Shown one piece after another: positions 31,563 to 40,397 of a DNA stretch of 64,000 nt. Below the pieces are notes generated by a model, which was not told where the DNA came from, did no database searches, and saw nothing but the letters and a program-made list of their open reading frames with translations. A program made the position numbers and the translations under genes. Origin of the DNA: Bacteroidales bacterium (GTDB lineage Bacteria > Bacteroidota > Bacteroidia > Bacteroidales > BM520). The DNA is taken from positions 650,903 to 714,902 of the forward strand of contig JBMNMG010000002.1 of assembly GCA_050953245.1 (NCBI GenBank), read 5' to 3'. The first letter of the stretch is position 1, and the number at the start of each line of letters is the position of its first letter.

Positions 31563-32816
31563 TTAATCTCTGTTATTCAGCATGTTATAAAGTAGCTTTA
31601 ATGAGCTTAAAGAAGATCTTTTAATATTATTAAATCTGTTTCTTCTAAAATTATACAATTTAGTAGTAATTTTACCTTTATAATATATGCCAATCCATAC
31701 AGTCCCAACTTTTTTATTTGTATTATCACTATTCGGACCTGCAATTCCTGTGATTCCAATACCTATATCGGTCTTGAATATATGAGCGACATTTTGGGCC
31801 ATATATTCTACTGTTTCACGACTTACAGCTCCATAAGTATTTAATATGTTACTTGGAACTTTTAAGATTTCTTCCTTAATTTGATTGGAATATGCAACAA
31901 CACTACCTTTAAAATAGTTTGACGATCCTGGGATTGATGTAATTAGATGTGATAAATAACCTCCGGAACAGCTTTCAGCAATAGATAATGTTAGATTATT
32001 TTCACTTAATATTTTGCCAATTATTGATGGTAAAGTCTCATTATCGAAACCGTAAAAGTAGTCTGATAATAAGTTTTTTAATTCTAAAGCTTTTTGATTA
32101 ACTATTTTTTCATTTTCTGTAGGATTGTCGCCATATGCAGTAACTCTTAACCTAACACTACCAATATCGGGTAAGTAAGCCAATGTGACATTTTTAGGTA
32201 AATTCATCTCCCATTCTTTTAAGATACCTGAAATAATAGTTTCACCACAACCATAAGTTAATACAGTTTTAAATTTTACACCTGAATAATCAAAAGTTTC
32301 TATTAGTTTAGGTACTACATAATTATCCGTCAATTGTTCCGTTTCGAAAGGAACGCCTGGTAAAAATGTCATAACTCTTTTTTTATCACAACTTTCGAAC
32401 CACATACCTGATGCAGTACCATGTAAATTTGGTAAAGGAATACATTTAGAGGGCAACCAAGCTTGCATCTTATTTTCTTCAGTTAAATATTCTGTTTTAT
32501 CCTTAAAGTTTTCAATTAGTCTGTTGTATGCATCTTGATTAAAGATTAATTCACAGTTAAAGAATTCGCAAGCGCATTCTTTTGTTATATCATCGTTTGT
32601 AGGACCTAAACCTCCGGTTACAATAGTTATATTAAAGTTTTCATAAGACTCGGAAAGCGATTTTAATATGTCTTCCTTATTGTCAGGTATTGTTACGTTT
32701 TGTTGTACATAAATACCAATTTCCGTTAGTTTGGAAGCAATCATAGTAGTATTGGTGTTTAAAACCTGTCCAACTAATAATTCGTCGCCAATAGAAATAA
32801 TATTACAATTTATCAT
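31563..32816 (-). CDS. cinA: competence/damage-inducible protein CinA (MoCF-binding plus nicotinamide-nucleotide amidase domain)
   Basis: IISIGDELLVGQVLNTN, TGGLGPTNDDITKE, C-terminal ESCSGGYLSHLITSIPGSS. Confidence 0.9.
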   Translation of the reverse strand: MINCNIISIGDELLVGQVLNTNTTMIASKLTEIGIYVQQNVTIPDNKEDILKSLSESYENFNITIVTGGLGPTNDDITKECACEFFNCELIFNQDAYNRLIENFKDKTEYLTEENKMQAWLPSKCIPLPNLHGTASGMWFESCDKKRVMTFLPGVPFETEQLTDNYVVPKLIETFDYSGVKFKTVLTYGCGETIISGILKEWEMNLPKNVTLAYLPDIGSVRLRVTAYGDNPTENEKIVNQKALELKNLLSDYFYGFDNETLPSIIGKILSENNLTLSIAESCSGGYLSHLITSIPGSSNYFKGSVVAYSNQIKEEILKVPSNILNTYGAVSRETVEYMAQNVAHIFKTDIGIGITGIAGPNSDNTNKKVGTVWIGIYYKGKITTKLYNFRRNRFNNIKRSSLSSLKLLYNMLNNRD

Positions 32817-32901
32817 TTTATTATTCTAATTATAGTATTAATTTTTCTTATAATAAATAGTTTTAAATTCGATTTATATTAATAAAAGTTGAAAAATATT
32901 A

Positions 32902-33456
32902 TTAATCCTCGGATGATTTATTTATATGTAATAATCCCTTCGGTAAATTAAATATAATAGTTTTAACATCTTCATCTATTTTTTCTATCAAATCTGCATG
33001 AAAAGGAATATATACCTCATTTCCATTAAAGTCTGCTATTAATATAATTTGGGCTTTGGAATCGAAATAGTTTATGATAGTACCTTTAGCTTTTTCTGTA
33101 GTATCAAATATATTCCATTCTAAAAAATAATCAGGATCAAACAACAAATTCTTAACTTTTTGTTTGTTTTTGTGATTATTATCTAACTTTATATATACTA
33201 TTTTATTTAAGTAAAAATCATCATTATAATCGATATAAGGTTTGTCGAATCTCACTATTAAACTTGTTGAATTCCTTTCTGTATATTCTATAGGAAAAAT
33301 AGGAAGTAAATCGCCATTTTGTATATCTAAAAATAAAATATCTTCTACAATATCAAAATAATTTGAATTTAGATTATTTAAAGATAAAATAAATTCACCG
33401 TTATAACTATACCTCTTAGTTATTTTACCTAATTTAATGTATTGTTTTTTTTCCAT
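32902..33456 (-). CDS. rimM: 16S rRNA processing protein RimM
   Basis: N-terminal YIKLGKITKRYSYNGEFIL (RimM motif) and a PRC-barrel-like C-terminus ending PKGLLHI. Not adjacent to rpsP/trmD. Confidence 0.65.
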   Translation of the reverse strand: MEKKQYIKLGKITKRYSYNGEFILSLNNLNSNYFDIVEDILFLDIQNGDLLPIFPIEYTERNSTSLIVRFDKPYIDYNDDFYLNKIVYIKLDNNHKNKQKVKNLLFDPDYFLEWNIFDTTEKAKGTIINYFDSKAQIILIADFNGNEVYIPFHADLIEKIDEDVKTIIFNLPKGLLHINKSSED

Positions 33457-33619
33457 AAGATTAAAACAACAAATATACTTTAAAAAATGTTATTTAAAAG
33501 AAAAATTATTTATTTCTTAAGCAAATTTTGAATGGAAATGCTCGTATTAAATATTTATATGTTAACTTATTAATAAAAGTTAACAATAAAAATTTTGGGC
33601 AAAAATTATAAAAAAATAT

Positions 33620-33627
33620 TATCTTTG
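33620..33627 (+). promoter_or_regulatory. -7 promoter box TATCTTTG for the gldA-like gene
   Basis: Consensus 21 nt upstream of the ATG at 33648. Confidence 0.5.
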
Positions 33628-33647
33628 TGCTAATTTAAAATTATATT

Positions 33648-34565
33648 ATGTCGGTTGTTATAGATAATATTACAAAGATATTTGGAACTCAGAAAGCAGT
33701 AGATTCAGTTAGTATTAATATAGATAAAGGTGAAGTAGTAGGTTTTTTAGGCTCTAATGGTGCCGGTAAATCTACATTAATGAAAATAATTTGTTGTTAT
33801 CTAACTCCAAATACAGGAACAGTAAAGGTATGCGGGTACGATATTTTTGAAAATCCAATAGAAGTTAAACGCAAAATAGGGTATTTGCAAGAGAGCAATC
33901 CTTTATATGTAGATATGTATATTCCGGAATATCTTTCGTTCATTGCCGATATTTATAAGGTATCTAATAAAAAGAAAAAAATAGAAGAAATAATAGAGTT
34001 AACAGGGTTAATTCCAGAGCGAAGAAAAAAAATAGGGCAGTTATCTAAAGGATATAGACAACGTGTAGGTTTAGCTCAAGCTTTAATACACGACCCGGAA
34101 GTTTTAATTTTGGATGAACCAACTACAGGTTTAGACCCAAATCAATTAACTGAAATTAGATCCCTAATTAAAAAATTAGGTGAAGATAAGACTATTATTT
34201 TATCTACACATATTATGCAAGAAGTAGAAGCCATATGCGATAGAGTTATTATTATTAACAAAGGGAAAATAATCACTAACGATACTACGGAAAATATTAT
34301 GGCTATTCATGATAATTTAATACTTCAAATTGAATTAAAAAAACCTTGCGTTTCCAACCCATATAAAACCTTTCCATTAAAGCATCACACTAATATTATT
34401 GAAGAAACTGATGATTCTATTACATTAGAACTAATTTTTAATACAAAAGAAGATATTAGGGATAAAGTTTTCAATTACTCAAAACAAAATAATTATGAGA
34501 TATTATCAATGAGTAAGAAACAAAGTAAATTAGAAGATGTCTTTATTAGTTTGACTAACAAATAA
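33648..34565 (+). CDS. gldA: ABC transporter ATP-binding protein, GldA-like (gliding-motility-associated ABC-2 type)
   Basis: Walker A GSNGAGKST, signature LSKGYRQRV, Walker B LILDEPT. Overall strong resemblance to my recollection of Flavobacterium GldA. No permease gene is adjacent. Confidence 0.6.
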   Translation: MSVVIDNITKIFGTQKAVDSVSINIDKGEVVGFLGSNGAGKSTLMKIICCYLTPNTGTVKVCGYDIFENPIEVKRKIGYLQESNPLYVDMYIPEYLSFIADIYKVSNKKKKIEEIIELTGLIPERRKKIGQLSKGYRQRVGLAQALIHDPEVLILDEPTTGLDPNQLTEIRSLIKKLGEDKTIILSTHIMQEVEAICDRVIIINKGKIITNDTTENIMAIHDNLILQIELKKPCVSNPYKTFPLKHHTNIIEETDDSITLELIFNTKEDIRDKVFNYSKQNNYEILSMSKKQSKLEDVFISLTNK

Positions 34566-34639
34566 CATTCTCAAAATGTTAAAAAACAAAAAGTTGAATA
34601 AAAAAATTCAATAAAATATGTTTTATTCAAAAAAAATTG

Positions 34640-34647
34640 TATCTTTG
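34640..34647 (+). promoter_or_regulatory. -7 promoter box TATCTTTG for rpmG
   Basis: Consensus 28 nt upstream of the ATG. Confidence 0.5.
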
Positions 34648-34660
34648 CAAATTAATTTTT

Positions 34661-34667
34661 AAGGAGA
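34661..34667 (+). promoter_or_regulatory. Shine-Dalgarno-like AAGGAGA, 7 nt upstream of the rpmG AUG
   Basis: Sequence tttttAAGGAGAatgtattATG. Confidence 0.6.
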
Positions 34668-34674
34668 ATGTATT

Positions 34675-34863
34675 ATGGCTAAAAAGACAAAAGACGCAAG
34701 AATTCAAGTAATACTTGAATGTACTGAACAAAAAGAAACTGGGGTACCGGGTATTTCCAGGTATGTTACTACGAAAAATAAGAAGAATACTCCTGAAAGA
34801 ATTGAATTAAGGAAGTATAATCCTTATTTAAGAAGAATGACAATTCATAAAGAAATTAAATAG
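34675..34863 (+). CDS. rpmG: 50S ribosomal protein L33
   Basis: 62 aa: [46 protein letters not shown]. Confidence 0.95.
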   Translation: MAKKTKDARIQVILECTEQKETGVPGISRYVTTKNKKNTPERIELRKYNPYLRRMTIHKEIK

Positions 34864-34871
34864 TTTAAATT

Positions 34872-35027
34872 ATGGCTAAGAAAGCAGTTGCTACTTTAAG
34901 AGAATTAGGTAATAAGACCTATGTTAAAGTTATTAAAATGGTTAAGTCTGAGAAGACAGGTGCTTACACTTTTGATGAAAAAATTGTAACACAAGAGCAA
35001 GTAAAAGATTTTTTTGAAAAAAAATAG
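34872..35027 (+). CDS. small conserved protein, DUF4295-like (51 aa); missing from the ORF track because it is under 60 aa
   Basis: ATG at 34872, TAG at 35025-35027: MAKKAVATLRELGNKTYVKVIKMVKSEKTGAYTFDEKIVTQEQVKDFFEKK. The position right after rpmG matches the conserved Bacteroidota arrangement. Confidence 0.7.
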   Translation: MAKKAVATLRELGNKTYVKVIKMVKSEKTGAYTFDEKIVTQEQVKDFFEKK

Positions 35028-35053
35028 TAAATAACAATTAATTAAATTAAATT

Positions 35054-35674
35054 ATGCCAACAAGAATAAGATTACAGAGAAAAGGTAAAAAGAGACAACC
35101 TTTTTATCATATTGTTATCGCGGATGGTCGTGCACCAAGAGATGGAAAATTTATTGAAAGAATTGGCACATATAATCCTTTGACTAATCCCGCAGAAATA
35201 TCTATTAACGAAGAAAGAGCATTATACTGGTTAAAAGTTGGTGCCCAACCTTCCGATACAGCAAGAAGCCTTTTATCAAGAGAAGGTATTCTCCTTAGAA
35301 ATCATCTTCAAATAGGTGTTGAAAAGGGAGCAATTACTCAAGCGCAAGCAGATGCAAAATTTAATGCATGGAAAGCTGAGAAAGATGCTAAATTAAATGC
35401 GATAACTCGCGATAAATTAAACAAAGAACGTAAAATAAAAGAAGATCGTCTTACAGCAGAACGTAAAGTGAATGAAGCTCGTAAAGAGGAAATTAATAAA
35501 CGTTTAGAAGAAGAGCGTGCTGCAGAAGAAGCTAAGAAAAAAGCAGAAGCAGAAGCAAAAGCCGCAGCAGAAGCTGAGGCAAAGGCAGCAGCAGAAGCAG
35601 AAGCAGAAGCTTCAAATGATGCTCCTAAAGAAGAAAGCGTTGATGAGAAATCAAACGAAAAAGTAGCAGAATAA
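35054..35674 (+). CDS. rpsP: 30S ribosomal protein S16 with a ~120-aa K/E/A-rich C-terminal extension
   Basis: [42 protein letters not shown] core. The tail has [23 protein letters not shown] repeats. Confidence 0.93.
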   Translation: MPTRIRLQRKGKKRQPFYHIVIADGRAPRDGKFIERIGTYNPLTNPAEISINEERALYWLKVGAQPSDTARSLLSREGILLRNHLQIGVEKGAITQAQADAKFNAWKAEKDAKLNAITRDKLNKERKIKEDRLTAERKVNEARKEEINKRLEEERAAEEAKKKAEAEAKAAAEAEAKAAAEAEAEASNDAPKEESVDEKSNEKVAE

Positions 35675-35700
35675 TAAACCTTTAAAATTAGAAAGTAATT

Positions 35701-36162
35701 ATGGATACAAATAGTTATAAAACAATTTCGGTTAGTAAAGAGGCCGCAAAGGAAAATAAAGAGTGGGTTATTGTAGATGCTACGGATCAAGTTTTAGGTC
35801 GTTTGGCATCTAAAGTTGCTTTGGTATTAAGAGGAAAACATAAACCAAGTTATACTCCTAATGTAGACTGTGGTGATAATGTTATTATCATTAATGCTGA
35901 AAAGATAAGATTAACAGGCAATAAGTATAATCAAAAAGAATATGTAAGATATTCTGGTTATCCAGGTTCACAAAAGTTTAGAACCGTTAGCGAAGTTATG
36001 AAAAAAGATCCTACTTTTGTATTGAAACATGCTATAAAAGGTATGTTACCAAAAAACACATTAGGAAATCAACTCATGAAAAATGTAAGGATATATGTAG
36101 GTCCTGAACATAGTCAACAAGCACAAAAACCTAAAGAAATAGATATAAATAAAATTAGATAA
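35701..36162 (+). CDS. rplM: 50S ribosomal protein L13
   Basis: WVIVDATDQVLGRLASKVALVLRGKHKPSYTP. Confidence 0.97.
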   Translation: MDTNSYKTISVSKEAAKENKEWVIVDATDQVLGRLASKVALVLRGKHKPSYTPNVDCGDNVIIINAEKIRLTGNKYNQKEYVRYSGYPGSQKFRTVSEVMKKDPTFVLKHAIKGMLPKNTLGNQLMKNVRIYVGPEHSQQAQKPKEIDINKIR

Positions 36163-36164
36163 GA

Positions 36165-36554
36165 ATGGAAGTAATAAACACTATAGGAAGAAGAAAAGCT
36201 GCTGTTGCCAGAATTTATATGAAGGAAGGCAGTGGAAAAATAACTATAAATAATAGAGATTTAGACGATTATTTCCCCTTAAAAACATTACAATATATAG
36301 TTAATCAGCCTCTTGAGGCAACTCAAACAGAAGGTCAATTTGATATTAAAGTAAATCTATATGGCGGAGGTTTTAATGGTCAGGCAGAAGCTTTACGTTT
36401 AGCTATTTCAAGAGCATTATGTGAAGTTAACAAAGAAGAATATCGTCCAATATTAAAAGCTAAGGGATTTATGCATCGTGATCCACGTGTTGTTGAACGT
36501 AAAAAACCTGGACAACCAAAAGCACGTAAAAGATTCCAATTCAGCAAACGTTAG
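36165..36554 (+). CDS. rpsI: 30S ribosomal protein S9
   Basis: GRRKAAVARIYMKEG...RDPRVVERKKPGQPKARKRFQFSKR. Confidence 0.97.
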   Translation: MEVINTIGRRKAAVARIYMKEGSGKITINNRDLDDYFPLKTLQYIVNQPLEATQTEGQFDIKVNLYGGGFNGQAEALRLAISRALCEVNKEEYRPILKAKGFMHRDPRVVERKKPGQPKARKRFQFSKR

Positions 36555-36674
36555 AAATTTATATTTAATCAAAGTAATAATAAAAAATGTTAGTTTAGTA
36601 TCTAAATTGTTAAGATCGTATTTTACGCTACTTAGCAATTGCTAAATTAAGGAATGTAAACTAAAAAAAAAGAA

Positions 36675-37520
36675 ATGGCAAGAACAAATTTCGATGAATT
36701 ATTAAAAGCAGGTGTACACTTTGGTCACCTAACCAGAAAGTGGAACGAAAATATGGCTCCATATATTTTTATGGAACGTAATGGTATTCACATTATAGAT
36801 TTATATAAAACACAGGCTAAAATAGATGAAGCTGCAACTGCAATTAAACAAATTGCTTATTCAGGTAAAAAAATATTATTTGTAGCTACTAAAAAACAAG
36901 CTAAAGATATAGTTGCTTCTTTAGTAAAAGAAGTAAATATGCCTTACGTTACCGAACGTTGGCCGGGTGGTATGTTAACAAATTTTACTACTATTCGTAA
37001 AGCAGTTAGAAAAATGTCCACATTAGATAAACTAATGGCATCTAATAATTTTGACAATTTATCTAAACGTGAAAGATTGCAAATAGAACGTGAACGCGCT
37101 AAATTAGAGAAAAACTTAGGTAGTATTTCAGATTTAAATCGCTTACCATCTGCTGTGTTTATAGTAGACTTATGTAAAGAACATATTGCATTAGCAGAAG
37201 CTAAAAAACTTAATATTCCTACCTTTGGAATAGTTGATACTAATGCAAATCCGCTTTCAGTTGATTTTGCTATACCTGCAAATGACGATGCCGCAAAATC
37301 CATAGAAATTATTGTTAAAATAATGGTAGAAGCTATTGCAGAAGGGCTTAACGAACGTAGAATGGAAAGAGAAAGTAGAAATGAGCCAGAAGAAGCAGTA
37401 GAAGAAGATAGCGATGAAAACGAAACAGAAGATTCAAGAAATTTTTCATTCGATGAAGAAGAAGACGATGAATCTGAAAGAAAAGTTAGAAAAGCTCCAA
37501 GAAAAAGAGTCAATAAATAA
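36675..37520 (+). CDS. rpsB: 30S ribosomal protein S2 (with acidic C-terminal tail)
   Basis: LLKAGVHFGHLTRKWNENMAPYIF, ERWPGGMLTNF. Confidence 0.97.
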   Translation: MARTNFDELLKAGVHFGHLTRKWNENMAPYIFMERNGIHIIDLYKTQAKIDEAATAIKQIAYSGKKILFVATKKQAKDIVASLVKEVNMPYVTERWPGGMLTNFTTIRKAVRKMSTLDKLMASNNFDNLSKRERLQIERERAKLEKNLGSISDLNRLPSAVFIVDLCKEHIALAEAKKLNIPTFGIVDTNANPLSVDFAIPANDDAAKSIEIIVKIMVEAIAEGLNERRMERESRNEPEEAVEEDSDENETEDSRNFSFDEEEDDESERKVRKAPRKRVNK

Positions 37521-37571
37521 TTATTAATTAAAAAGTAAACAGTTATATTAACAATAAATAATTTTAATAAA

Positions 37572-38405
37572 ATGGCAAAAATTACAGCAGCAGAAGTTAA
37601 TAACTTAAGAAAAATGACAGGTGCAGGTATGATGGACTGCAAAAAAGCATTAATGGAAGCCGAAGGTGATGTGGAAAAAGCTATTGATATTTTGAGAAAA
37701 AAAGGTCAAAAAGTTGCATCAAACCGTGCAGATAGAGATGCTAATGAAGGTAAAATCATAGCTAAAGTAAATAAGGATAACACATTTGGTGGCATGATCA
37801 TGTTAAACTGTGAAACAGACTTTGTTGCCAATAGCGATGCTTTTGTTGAGTTTGCAAATCAATTAATTGATATGGCAATTGAAAATAAAATTAAAACTTT
37901 AGATGAATTAAATAACGCAGAAATTAATGGTGTTAAAGTTTCACAAGCAGTTTTAGATTTAACTGGAAAAACCGGTGAAAAAACAACATTAGCACATTAC
38001 GAAGTTTTAGAAGCTCCATTAGTATGTGAATATAATCACTTAGGTAATAGAGTAGGCACATTGTTATCTTTAAATAAAAATTCGGAAGTTGCTCAAGAAG
38101 TAGGGCATGAATTATGTATGCAAGTAGCAGCAATGGCTCCTATAGCAGTAGACGAAGATTCAGTTGCTAAGGAAGTTATCGAAAAAGAATTGGAAATAGC
38201 TAAAGAAACCTTACGTCAAGAAGGTAAACCTGAAAATATGATCGAAAAAATAGCAATGGGTAAATTAAACAGATTTTTTAAAGATAATACTTTATTAAAT
38301 CAAATGTCTATTTCCGATGGTAAAATAACAGTTGCTGAGTATATTAAAAATGCAGATCCGGAAATTAAAGTGTTGAATTTTAAAAGATTAATTCTAGGTG
38401 AATAA
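37572..38405 (+). CDS. tsf: elongation factor Ts
   Basis: LRKMTGAGMMDCKKALMEAEGDVEKAIDILRKKG (UBA-like N-terminus). Confidence 0.97.
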   Translation: MAKITAAEVNNLRKMTGAGMMDCKKALMEAEGDVEKAIDILRKKGQKVASNRADRDANEGKIIAKVNKDNTFGGMIMLNCETDFVANSDAFVEFANQLIDMAIENKIKTLDELNNAEINGVKVSQAVLDLTGKTGEKTTLAHYEVLEAPLVCEYNHLGNRVGTLLSLNKNSEVAQEVGHELCMQVAAMAPIAVDEDSVAKEVIEKELEIAKETLRQEGKPENMIEKIAMGKLNRFFKDNTLLNQMSISDGKITVAEYIKNADPEIKVLNFKRLILGE

Positions 38406-38447
38406 ATCTAGATATTTGTTTATTTTTCATAATTGATTTTGTAATAA

Positions 38448-38479
38448 AAAGGCTGCAAATTTTTGCAGCCTTTTTTGTT
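38448..38479 (+). terminator. rho-independent terminator of tsf; copy A of a repeated 26-nt hairpin
   Basis: aaaggctgcaaatttttgcagccttt followed by tttgtt. Stem ggctgcaaa/tttgcagcc. Confidence 0.85.
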
Positions 38480-38553
38480 ATATAAATTAACTTCTTTTTT
38501 TTACATTTACAAAATATTTAGCCAATATTGTTTAACTATTAAAATAACAAATT

Positions 38554-39286
38554 ATGAAAAAATTTATTTTATTTCTTTTATTTACTCTAATTGCTGCTTT
38601 GACATTCGGACAGAGAAGCAATTATCAAGATTTTCTTTGTCTTAATAATGAGAATATTATTGGGGGGATAATTATTAAACAGGTACCTAATGAATCAATT
38701 GAATTTGAAACTGCTGATAAAAGTGGTTTTGATTGTAAAATAAGAAGAAATAGAAAAAATAACAGATGACCCTATTCAAGGTAAAAATGGTGTTTTCGTT
38801 AATAAATCAGGCTTACAATCGGGTTATAAAGGAATTGTAGAATTAGGTTATCAAATAGGTGTAGGTGATATAAGGTTGAACAGATTGAAATTAAACATAA
38901 TAAATGGTTATCAAATAAATCCATACATTTCAATGGGAGTTGGAACAGGATTGCGATATTATTATGATTTAGGAGTTGCCTTAATACCTCTATTTGCTGA
39001 TTTTAGAGCAAATTTTATGGATAATTATATATCACCATATTTTTCATTTGGACTTGGTTATTCATTTAACGTTACTAACGGTTTCTTTGGAGTTGGTTTG
39101 CTTCTTAATCCAACAATTGGTGCAAGTTTTAAAGTTTTTAAAAAGTCTGCTATTAATGTTGGTTTAGGCTATGAAATGCAAAAAATGAAATTTTATTACG
39201 AAATTTTCGATGGTTATTATTTTCATAATAGGTATTATGCAGGGAGCTTAGATGCTATAAGCATTAATGTTGGTATATCTTTTTGA
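38554..39286 (+). pseudogene. outer-membrane beta-barrel protein gene interrupted by a +1 frameshift (one extra A near 38737-38743)
   Basis: ORF 38554-38769 (signal peptide plus ...IIKQVPNESIEFETADKSGFDCKI) stops at 38767-38769. Frame 2 is open from 38744 (EEIEKITDDPIQGKNG...) through the barrel ORF ending at 39286. Removing one A gives a continuous ~243-aa protein. Confidence 0.75.
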
Positions 39287-39361
39287 AATATATAGAAAAT
39301 CAATCATATTAAAATAGCTATTTTTTTAGTGAGAGGAGATGTTTGTACAAGTTAATAAAAT

Positions 39362-39387
39362 AAAGGCTGCAAATTTTTGCAGCCTTT
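39362..39387. terminator. bidirectional terminator hairpin; copy B, identical over 26 nt to 38448-38473
   Basis: aaaggctgcaaatttttgcagccttt lies between convergent genes (ends at 39286 + and 39424 -). Confidence 0.75.
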
Positions 39388-39423
39388 ATTTATAAGAATA
39401 TAATTTGATTTTTAATTAGAAGA

Positions 39424-40299
39424 TTACTTAATCAAGATAACTAACCTCTTTTCTAAGCTCCAAAATGATTCAGGATCTGTAATAGTAATATTATCTATTA
39501 TTCCTGTTTCTTCATCTGTTTCAATTTGATATGCAGATTCAGGATGAGCACTCAAAATAGTTATTTTTTTAGAGTTAATAGGAATAACTCTAGTTTCTCT
39601 AATATCAATTTGAATAAAACTTGAACTGCTATCTAATAAAACTCTTCCTTTTCTGTCAATAATGCCTTCATTTAATAAAGCTTTACGAGGTGCAACTATA
39701 TACCATGCTGTATTTAAGGTGTTAGTTTGATGGGTTAATGTAGTTTCTAAGTCTTCTATTTGAGAAACTTGTTCTGTAATAGTTTGTTCTAAGTCGGTAA
39801 TCTGACCTGTTTGTTTTTCAACTAAATTTCGTAATTCAATGATTTCTTGATTACTTGCATTTAGATCATTTTCTAAATTAGCTACTATACTTTCTAAATT
39901 AGCTATATTAGTATTGGAACTATTTAATTTCGATTTTAAGTTAGCAATTTGTTGTCTACTATTATTAACCATCGAATAAAGATCTTTCATATCTTTTCTC
40001 AATTGATCTTTAGATTGTTCGGTAGCTTTACCGGATTGCTCGATAGTTTCTGTAGTTAATTCTTTTCGTTTGTTGTTAATTGCATCTATAGTTTCTTGAA
40101 TTTCTACAATTAAGCCAACAAAATCGTTAAGTTCTTGTTCTTGATTATTTATCACTTCATCTTTTCCTTGAATAACAGTTCTTAAGCTGTCGTTAACAAG
40201 TAAAAGGTGTTCATTTTGTTTTTTTTGTTCTTTGCATGAGCTTAGCCCAAAAATAAGAGCTAAGGTTGACAATAAAACGATAAATCTAGTCTTTTTCAT
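39424..40299 (-). CDS. coiled-coil lipoprotein, function unknown (start moved to ATG 40299)
   Basis: MKKTRFIVLLSTLALIFGLSSC lipobox, a long heptad-rich Q/E/N/L central region, and a ~90-aa C-terminal globular part. The architecture recalls Bacteroidales coiled-coil adhesin-like lipoproteins (unverified). Confidence 0.55.
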   Translation of the reverse strand: MKKTRFIVLLSTLALIFGLSSCKEQKKQNEHLLLVNDSLRTVIQGKDEVINNQEQELNDFVGLIVEIQETIDAINNKRKELTTETIEQSGKATEQSKDQLRKDMKDLYSMVNNSRQQIANLKSKLNSSNTNIANLESIVANLENDLNASNQEIIELRNLVEKQTGQITDLEQTITEQVSQIEDLETTLTHQTNTLNTAWYIVAPRKALLNEGIIDRKGRVLLDSSSSFIQIDIRETRVIPINSKKITILSAHPESAYQIETDEETGIIDNITITDPESFWSLEKRLVILIK

Positions 40300-40397
40300 T
40301 TTGTTGTGTTTTTTAATTTTACATAATTTATTATTAAACGAGCTAATATCTCTTATATTGTGTAAAAACATATTGATTTACACAATGAATATATATT

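Noticed and set aside
35338-35790. 150-aa ORF antisense to the rpsP tail
   Set aside because: It is generated by the GCAGAAGC-type repeat (giving [12 protein letters not shown]...). It is a mirror image of the low-complexity S16 extension, not a gene.
36630-36645. Perfect 14-bp palindrome ttagcaattgctaa in the rpsI-rpsB spacer as an S2 autoregulatory element
   Set aside because: The known rpsB leader structures that I can recall are pseudoknots in other phyla. A single short AT-rich palindrome is insufficient evidence. I note it but do not call it.
36944-37642. 232-aa ORF antisense to the 3' half of rpsB and the start of tsf
   Set aside because: It lies entirely opposite two unmistakable, highly conserved genes. 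Its product is low-complexity (S/L/F/I-rich), as expected from reading A/G-rich codons backwards. It has no promoter box or homology cue. It is a shadow ORF.
38463-38645. 60-aa ORF starting inside the tsf terminator
   Set aside because: It begins within the terminator hairpin and overlaps, out of frame, the signal-peptide region of the OMP gene, which has a far better start (MKKFILFLLF...).
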